A program made the translations under genes and the position numbers. This document shows positions 38,387-43,581 of a stretch of 51,094 bases of DNA, piece by piece. This DNA comes from a virus (Duplodnaviria; Caudoviricetes). The notes beneath the pieces are model-generated. The model was not told the origin of the DNA, made no database searches, and was given only the letters and a program-made list of their open reading frames with translations. The first letter of the stretch is position 1; the number at the start of each line of letters is the position of its first letter. Where the stretch lies: positions 1 to 51,094 of the IMG/VR virus record IMGVR_UViG_3300009597_000017; one strand, 5' to 3'.

Positions 38387-38457
38387 TGGAGCGTTAGGGA
38401 TTCGAACCCTAGACTTTTGCATGCCATGCAAATGCGTTCCCACTACGCCAATGCCCC
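38387..38457 (-). tRNA. tRNA-Ala(GGC)
   Basis: G3:U70; TTTGC-AT-GGC-AT-GCAAA. Confidence 0.9.
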
Positions 38458-38460
38458 AAT

Positions 38461-38692
38461 TTGACTCAACGCGTAATAGCCGCGCTTCTGTACCTATTCC
38501 CAACATCTGTCTAAGCCCCAACCCGACGTTCTCTAGGGTCAAGCAATCGTCTGTTTGGGTTGCTGCGTTGCATCGCCTTGGGTCTTGCCGTCTTTCGACA
38601 GCGCGTGTACCATCGCGCAAAGCGACTCCCCATTGCAGGCGCGAACTTCCTCGGAGGGGTGGGCCTCCGCGTTGGGCTGCGCGTTGAATCAA
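38461..38692 (-). ncRNA. rnpB: Minimal RNase P RNA (catalytic domain, reduced specificity domain)
   Basis: CR-I GAGGAAGTTCGCGC, CR-IV TAGACAGATG, CR-V ACAGAAGCGCGGCTAT; P1-P5 pairings form, P4 with bulged U. Confidence 0.8.
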
Positions 38693-38694
38693 AA

Positions 38695-38766
38695 CTGAGG
38701 CGCTTGGACTCGAACCAAGATTTCATGGCTTAACAGGCCAGCGAGTTGCCGTTACCCTACACCCCA
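38695..38766 (-). tRNA. tRNA-Asn(GUU)
   Basis: TGGC-CT-GTT-AA-GCCA; G73. Confidence 0.9.
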
Positions 38767-38859
38767 AGGTTTAATGCCATCATGCTCCACGATGTGACAA
38801 TCGTCGCATATTCTTCGCACGACCGCGCTTCGCCTTCTCAAGATTCGTCAATGGCATAG

Positions 38860-38932
38860 TTGGAACGCAAGGGGTCGAACCTTGACTTTCGTGGTTCAGA
38901 GCCACGCGTGTTGCCGGTTACACCACGTTCCA
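38860..38932 (-). tRNA. tRNA-Gln(CUG)
   Basis: CGTGG-CT-CTG-AA-CCACG. Confidence 0.9.
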
Positions 38933-38942
38933 AGGAAGAAAG

Positions 38943-39016
38943 ACTCGCCAATGGGATTCGAACCCATAGCCTACGCCTTCGCAGGGCGTTGCTCATTCCA
39001 ATTGAGCTTCGGCGAG
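38943..39016 (-). tRNA. tRNA-Arg(GCG)
   Basis: ACGCC-CT-GCG-AA-GGCGT. Confidence 0.9.
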
Positions 39017-39087
39017 TTGAATGACATGCAACATTTATCATGGGGTCACAGTAGCTTTCGCCACGCTTAGCGCTTGCATGTCAAGAG

Positions 39088-39159
39088 TCTCGTCGGAGAG
39101 AGTCGAACTCTCACTGCGTGGTTCGAAGCCACGCCGTCTATCCGTTAGCTTACAACGAG
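39088..39159 (-). tRNA. tRNA-Arg(UCG)
   Basis: CGTGG-CT-TCG-AA-CCACG. Confidence 0.85.
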
Positions 39160-39163
39160 AAAG

Positions 39164-39236
39164 TCGGAGGGGTTGGATTCGAACCAACAACGCCTTGGGC
39201 TTCAACCAAGCGCTCTACCATTGGAGCTACCCACCG
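39164..39236 (-). tRNA. tRNA-Phe(GAA)
   Basis: CTTGG-TT-GAA-GC-CCAAG. Confidence 0.9.
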
Positions 39237-39242
39237 AAGAAG

Positions 39243-39316
39243 CGCGACTTGCCGGATTCGAACCGGCGATGTTCTCCGTGACAGGGAGACGAGGACGGCC
39301 ACTCCTCTAAAATCGC
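39243..39316 (-). tRNA. tRNA-Asp(GUC)
   Basis: TCTCC-CT-GTC-AC-GGAGA; G73. Confidence 0.9.
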
Positions 39317-39320
39317 AGAA

Positions 39321-39425
39321 TTACTTGCGCTTAAAAATCTCGTCGATGAAATTGCGAACGAGCCAAAACGCGCAACAAACGACGATTAATAAAATTGCAA
39401 CAGCAACAACGTGTTCCATAGACAT
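39321..39425 (-). CDS. Possible small membrane peptide inside the tRNA array
   Basis: MSMEHVVAVAILLIVVCCAFWLVRNFIDEIFKRK exactly fills the spacer; no clear SD. Confidence 0.35.
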   Translation of the reverse strand: MSMEHVVAVAILLIVVCCAFWLVRNFIDEIFKRK

Positions 39426-39431
39426 TAAGAG

Positions 39432-39513
39432 CGGAAACGGAGGGAATCGAACCCTCGACGCGTAAGCGCAACCGTTTTCGAGACGGGTTCCTCGACCAGC
39501 CGGACCATTTTCC
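39432..39513 (-). tRNA. tRNA-Ser(CGA)
   Basis: CCGT-CT-CGA-AA-ACGG; long variable arm; G73. Confidence 0.85.
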
Positions 39514-39618
39514 AAGCCAGGGTTTAAGGAGGGTCTGGTACCTCCAAGTCGCGCTACCCGATTTCAGTCAGGCTATCTAGATCACCCAACCGGCCTTTTG
39601 GCGGGGCCTCGCGTCATA

Positions 39619-39701
39619 CGGATTATGGAGGATTCGAACCTCCGGTGCGTTAGCACGGCGGTTTAGCAAACCGCTGCAATAAGCCTCTCTGCCAACAATC
39701 C
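39619..39701 (-). tRNA. tRNA-Ser(GCU)
   Basis: GCGGT-TT-GCT-AA-ACCGC; long variable arm. Confidence 0.9.
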
Positions 39702-39762
39702 ACAGCCCGTTTCACTTTAGCTTTACTCGCATGGAAACGGTTCAGCATAAAGAACGCGATAG

Positions 39763-39845
39763 TGGTGGAAGTACGAGTCGAACGTACAGGGGGATTAACC
39801 GGCGCTTTTACAGAGCGTTGGACCTGCCAATGTACCAATCCCACC
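39763..39845 (-). tRNA. tRNA-Tyr(GUA)
   Basis: CGCT-CT-GTA-AA-AGCG; long variable region. Confidence 0.85.
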
Positions 39846-39848
39846 AAG

Positions 39849-39920
39849 AGCCAAGGTTGGGTCTCGAACCCAAGATACCTAGGTACGAACTAGGTAGTTT
39901 ACCAACTAACTTACCGAGGC
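39849..39920 (-). tRNA. tRNA-Thr(CGU)
   Basis: CCTAG-TT-CGT-AC-CTAGG; two acceptor mismatches. Confidence 0.8.
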
Positions 39921-40020
39921 ATAACAGACACCTAGCAGAGCATCGCTGCTGTCCCATTGTACCGATGGTTGGGTCAGGGCTCCAAGAACTAGTATCCCAT
40001 CCTGACGTTAAGGTGTCTAG

Positions 40021-40095
40021 TCCGCCCTGGTGGCTTTGCTCCACCCGCCTCCGGTGTATCAGACCGACGCTCTTGACTGAATGAGCTAAGGGCGA
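40021..40095 (-). tRNA. tRNA-Ile(GAU), atypical T-loop
   Basis: TCGGT-CT-GAT-AC-ACCGG; T-loop AGCAAAG. Confidence 0.8.
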
Positions 40096-40107
40096 AAAGG
40101 TACTAAG

Positions 40108-40179
40108 TGCATCGCCAGGGTAACGATCCCCGTTCTAGTGGTTAAGAGCCACTTGCTTCACCGTTAAAGCTTGCGGTGC
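40108..40179 (-). tRNA. tRNA-Lys(CUU), atypical T-loop
   Basis: AGTGG-CT-CTT-AA-CCACT; T-loop ATCGTTA. Confidence 0.85.
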
Positions 40180-40182
40180 ATA

Positions 40183-40313
40183 TGCTTTGGCAACGAGCCT
40201 GCCCATCTGACGAATAATAAGAGACCTTCGCTAGGTTACCCCTACTTATTTATCTCTTAGTGGGAGTTGAACCCACAAGGCGTTAGGTAGGTAACACCAA
40301 ACGTGCCAAAGCA
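40183..40313 (-). ncRNA. Unknown 131-nt structured RNA with an internal T-arm
   Basis: Closing stem TGCTTTGGCA/TGCCAAAGCA; GTGGG-TTCAACT-CCCAC next to TAAGAGA/TCTCTTA. Confidence 0.5.
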
Positions 40314-40315
40314 AG

Positions 40316-40390
40316 TGCCCAACGGGGGATTCGAACCCCCATGCCGCTGTTTCTAAGACAGCGAGGTATACCAATTCCCATCAATCGGGC
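40316..40390 (-). tRNA. tRNA-Leu(UAG), short variable loop
   Basis: GCTGT-CT-TAG-AA-ACAGC; 5-nt variable loop; A73. Confidence 0.85.
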
Positions 40391-40399
40391 CTATACTTC

Positions 40400-40427
40400 A
40401 ATATAGTCAATATTACTGTATAGTCAA
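40400..40427 (-). promoter_or_regulatory. Internal promoter of the tRNA array
   Basis: TTGACT-N16-TATATT in an AT-rich spacer with tandem TATAGTCAATA. Confidence 0.55.
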
Positions 40428-40447
40428 TAGTACAATAACAACTATAG

Positions 40448-40519
40448 AGCTAACACCAGGAATCGAACCCAGCCTAGTTGCTTACCAAGCAACCGTGCCA
40501 CCAACAACACTTCACCGAC
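40448..40519 (-). tRNA. tRNA-Thr(GGU), weak acceptor stem
   Basis: GTTGC-TT-GGT-AA-GCAAC; acceptor mostly G:U pairs. Confidence 0.7.
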
Positions 40520-40540
40520 TTGTTGAATCAATGAGTCAAG

Positions 40541-40614
40541 AGCCGAATGTTGGAATCGAACCAACTCCCATCCGCATTACAAGTGCGGTGCGCGGCCATT
40601 TGCGCCAATCCGAC
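40541..40614 (-). tRNA. tRNA-Thr(UGU)
   Basis: CCGCA-CT-TGT-AA-TGCGG. Confidence 0.9.
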
Positions 40615-40694
40615 TAGAGTCACCTTGCGGGCCGCTACCCCCGCTCCGCCCCGGCCAGCCCGGCGTGCAGCGATTACACCATCGGTGATTTAAG

Positions 40695-40776
40695 TGCAGC
40701 GAAGGGGATTCGAACCCCCACGTCTTTCGACAGTGGTTTTTGAGACCACCGCGTCTGCCAGTTCCGCCAAAGCTGC
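40695..40776 (-). tRNA. tRNA-Leu(CAA)
   Basis: GTGGT-CT-CAA-AA-ACCAC; long variable arm. Confidence 0.9.
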
Positions 40777-40781
40777 AAAAA

Positions 40782-40853
40782 TGACGCGGTCGGGAATCGA
40801 ACCCGAGTTGATCGCTTGAGAGGCGACTTTCCGAACCACTAGAAGACGGCGTC
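40782..40853 (-). tRNA. tRNA-Glu(CUC)
   Basis: GTCGC-CT-CTC-AA-GCGAT. Confidence 0.9.
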
Positions 40854-40857
40854 AAAA

Positions 40858-40933
40858 TGGCGGGGGTCGGATTCGAACCGACGTCATGTGGCTTATGAGA
40901 CCACCGCTGAAACCACTCCAACACCACCCCGCT
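40858..40933 (-). tRNA. tRNA-Met(CAU), 1:72 mismatch (initiator-like)
   Basis: GTGGT-CT-CAT-AA-GCCAC; A1/C72. Confidence 0.85.
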
Positions 40934-40962
40934 ATTTGAAAAAAAAAAACAAAAAAAAAAAG

Positions 40963-41034
40963 TCCAGCCGCTAGGATTCGAACCTAGAACTCGTCGCTTA
41001 AAAGGCGTGTGCGATGCCGTTTCGCCACGACTGG
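40963..41034 (-). tRNA. tRNA-Lys(UUU)
   Basis: CGC-CT-TTT-AA-GCG; T-arm. Confidence 0.8.
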
Positions 41035-41112
41035 ATATTCAACAACTCAACGCTGTCTATACACTTGGGAATGACCCAACGTTCGTGGCGCCCACAATAG
41101 ACAGCGTCGGAA

Positions 41113-41185
41113 TTGCTCAGCAGGGAATCGAACCCTGATTGTTTCTGTGTGTAGGACAGACGCCATACCACTAGGCGACTGAGCA
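41113..41185 (-). tRNA. tRNA-Val(UAC), C33
   Basis: TCTGT-CC-TAC-AC-ACAGA. Confidence 0.85.
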
Positions 41186-41189
41186 AAAG

Positions 41190-41260
41190 TGCGGTAAGCG
41201 AGAATCGGACTCGCCCGTCTGCCTTGGCAAGGCAGCATGCCACCACAACATTTCTACCGC
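41190..41260 (-). tRNA. tRNA-Gly(GCC)
   Basis: CTGCC-TT-GCC-AA-GGCAG; T-loop TCCGATT. Confidence 0.85.
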
Positions 41261-41388
41261 GAGCGCCGTTTATTTAATGTCAACACGGCAAAATGACAGA
41301 GCGACGCGCGTCGGCGTACACTCAAAAATCTGCGCCAAATCGGGGGCACCATTGCGAAGATGTCTTTAAGAGCGTCGCAATCGCTCTA

Positions 41389-41459
41389 AGTCGCAAGCGG
41401 GAATCGAACCCGCCTCGCCAGCTTGGAAGGCTGGAACACAGCCACTATGTCACTGCGAC
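41389..41459 (-). tRNA. tRNA-Gly(UCC)
   Basis: CCAGC-CT-TCC-AA-GCTGG; U73. Confidence 0.88.
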
Positions 41460-41474
41460 GAGATCAACGAGCAA

Positions 41475-41547
41475 TACCGCTTGACGGTTCCGACCCGTCT
41501 TTTCCGGCTTGAAAGGCCGGCGTCCTAGCCAGTAGACAGAAAGCGGC
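41475..41547 (-). tRNA. tRNA-Glu(UUC)
   Basis: CCGGC-CT-TTC-AA-GCCGG; T-loop GTCGGAA. Confidence 0.85.
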
Positions 41548-41649
41548 GTGGAGTGCCTAGAGCAATAAAGCTCACATTTACTGAATTGCCCGTATTTGGC
41601 CTAGGCTTCAACGGATTCAAAGCAACGCGTCTTGGCACATTTTTAAAAG

Positions 41650-41722
41650 GGTGTATGATGGGCCTCGAACCCATTCAACCGGCTTCACAGGCCGGCGCTC
41701 TACCAGTTGAGCTACAAACACC
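41650..41722 (-). tRNA. tRNA-His(GUG)
   Basis: CCGGC-CT-GTG-AA-GCCGG; G-1:C73. Confidence 0.9.
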
Positions 41723-41740
41723 ATGATGTAAAAAGGAAAG

Positions 41741-41813
41741 ACTGACATGCTGGAATCGAACCAGCCAATCGACGTTTTGCAGACGTCAGCGTTAACCGCT
41801 TCGCCAATGTCAG
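41741..41813 (-). tRNA. tRNA-Cys(GCA)
   Basis: GACGT-CT-GCA-AA-ACGTC; U73. Confidence 0.9.
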
Positions 41814-42110
41814 AAATTAAAGGGGGATATGCGCCGGCGACCGAAGTAGAAATAAAGATCACCCGCCATTGCCCAACAGTAGGCCCGCATTGCTGCGTTC
41901 ATGGACACTTCGTCAAACGAGCCACACTGTCATGGACTTTAGTAAGTGTCAAGCAAGAGTGTTAACCCTCCATTGACCGACCGATTCACCCGAAGGCAAA
42001 CCGACTACAAACGCGTTGACTAGACGATCTAAACCCCCGCCTCCAGTGAGCGGCTAACCGCCACCGGCACATACGCCCCCAGTTTTGAAGCAGTTTTAAA
42101 AGAGCAGAAG

Positions 42111-42184
42111 TCGAGATTGTTGGAATCGAACCAACCCGATGCCCCGGTTCCGAACCGGGTTGCGCACCTTGCGCACGAACCTCG
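42111..42184 (-). tRNA. tRNA-Pro(CGG), A37
   Basis: CCCGG-TT-CGG-AA-CCGGG; C1:G72, A73. Confidence 0.85.
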
Positions 42185-42262
42185 AATATGTCGCTGCGAC
42201 TGAACGGCCAGTGGCTATAAGCCGTTTAAAGAGTGAGACCGCATCTTGGCCAGCGACAAAAG

Positions 42263-42336
42263 TCGGCACTGCTGGAATCGAACCAGCCGGTTGTCCTGTT
42301 TCCAAAACAGGCGGCACACCTTGCGCCCGAGCACCG
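42263..42336 (-). tRNA. tRNA-Pro(UGG), A37
   Basis: CCTGT-TT-TGG-AA-ACAGG; C1:G72, A73. Confidence 0.85.
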
Positions 42337-42354
42337 ATTGAAGTCTACTTCCTA

Positions 42355-42382
42355 AATATACATCAAGAATCAAATTTGTCAA
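42355..42382 (-). promoter_or_regulatory. Promoter heading the tRNA array
   Basis: TTGACA-N16-TATATT. Confidence 0.65.
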
Positions 42383-42657
42383 GGGGTCAAGATCATTGAG
42401 TCTTTGTCTACCAAAACGCCTCCGCACTGGCAAGCAAGATTGCCACGTTTAAACTGCTTGTTAAATTCAGTCCACGTTTGCAGGCTGAACAGCGCTTGGG
42501 TCAAAGCGCCGCATTTTCGACACTTGAGAACGGCGCTTACGGACCAGTTTTGAACCGCCGTCAAGCCGCTTCCACGCAATGCGACTTGGACAAAGGGGTG
42601 ACACACAAGAGCCGATTCCGCCAACAACTGCTGAATCGTCGTCAATGCTGTAGTCAT
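42379..42657 (-). CDS. Zn-ribbon hypothetical protein
   Basis: CRKC...CQCGG. Confidence 0.5.
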   Translation of the reverse strand: MTTALTTIQQLLAESALVCHPFVQVALRGSGLTAVQNWSVSAVLKCRKCGALTQALFSLQTWTEFNKQFKRGNLACQCGGVLVDKDSMILTP

Positions 42658-42686
42658 GAAAATGTCCTAGCATGCAAGAGAGTTTT

Positions 42687-43067
42687 TCAATCATCGTTGT
42701 ATTTAGAGCGCAGAAGCGCTCCAGTCATTTGCGTCACGGCTTCTTCCTCGACGAATTCCAACAAACGAGCGTCAGCACCGTTGAACATATTGGCCAGCGT
42801 CCATAGACGCGCATGAACCAATTCGTGCAAGACCAAATCTTCAAGCGCGCGCCGAGTCAAAATTTCACGACTCATGCGTTGAATGTTGAAATTCAATGTC
42901 GCCGTCATATATTGCGGCTGTGCAGAACAAGTGGCAAGATCATCGTCGGCATCGAGATTAACGATTAAGTGCCAATGCTGCAAATCTAGGCGACTTGCCC
43001 ACTCGCGAATCAAGCCTTCAATCTCGTCGCGAAACTCAAGCTGGCTGATCTGTTCGGAAATGGTCAT
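42687..43067 (-). CDS. HExxH metallopeptidase-like protein
   Basis: W..RLDLQHW, VLHELVH, EE; start placed at ATG 43067. Confidence 0.65.
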   Translation of the reverse strand: MTISEQISQLEFRDEIEGLIREWASRLDLQHWHLIVNLDADDDLATCSAQPQYMTATLNFNIQRMSREILTRRALEDLVLHELVHARLWTLANMFNGADARLLEFVEEEAVTQMTGALLRSKYNDD

Positions 43068-43323
43068 TCCGATCATGTCGCTTTCCACAAAGACTGCATG
43101 GTTCATACAACGACTCGTTCTCGCGCGGCGGCGACCATTTGCGCAAATACGCAGAAACGGCGAATTTAATCCAAGCCGGCACAGATACTCCTGCCGACTC
43201 GGCCGCGGCTGCGCAGCGGTCATAAAACGCAACAGGAAGTTGAAGCTCAACACGTCGTTTTGCTTTCTTACTTACTTGGGACATTTTCGTGCTCAATTCG
43301 CCGGGTATCTCTGCAACTTCCAT
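43036..43323 (-). CDS. Ribbon-helix-helix (CopG-like) regulator with Zn-binding tail
   Basis: RRVELQLP...AAESAGVSVPAWIKFAV; CSLCGKRH. Confidence 0.55.
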   Translation of the reverse strand: MEVAEIPGELSTKMSQVSKKAKRRVELQLPVAFYDRCAAAAESAGVSVPAWIKFAVSAYLRKWSPPRENESLYEPCSLCGKRHDRNDHFRTDQPA

Positions 43324-43347
43324 GCAAACATTGTGTATGTCTTCTGG

Positions 43348-43376
43348 AATCTAGCCGGGTATACCCGATTTGTCAA
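43348..43376 (-). promoter_or_regulatory. Leftward promoter with a palindrome in its spacer
   Basis: TTGACA-N17-TAGATT; CGGGTATACCCG at 43356-43367. Confidence 0.6.
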
Positions 43377-43409
43377 GCCCCTGCCTCCAACTCTAATCTA
43401 ACCACCCCC

Positions 43410-43438
43410 TTGACAAAAGTCAACTAATCGACTATGTT
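43410..43438 (+). promoter_or_regulatory. Capsid operon promoter
   Basis: TTGACA-N17-TATGTT. Confidence 0.65.
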
Positions 43439-43581
43439 TAAACCGTCAAAACGCTGCACCCCGCCAACTTGCGGCTGCATCCTGCCAAGACGCCAATCAA
43501 CGCGCGACCTTCCCGCCGAGGAACTCGCTCCAAGACCCCGCTTCGGCAGTGTTTTAATGCAGCATCAAGGAACACCCAAAA

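Noticed and set aside
38780-38857. 25-aa basic ORF (MPLTNLEKAKRGRAKNMRRLSHRGA) near the RNase P RNA as a mini RnpA
   Set aside because: Far too short, no SD, and the spacer is better explained as a closed RNA stem
39022-39083. Pistol or hammerhead ribozyme (CTAAGCG, GAAA, ATAAATG fragments)
   Set aside because: The pistol P1 pseudoknot partner and the hammerhead CUGANGA core are absent
39705-39760. SAM-II riboswitch (TCGCG...GCTAAA)
   Set aside because: Lacks the UUGC strand before the 3' side of P1 and has no downstream CDS
38252-42433. Many short ORFs across the tRNA array
   Set aside because: They overlap tRNA or ncRNA genes and have no protein-like motifs
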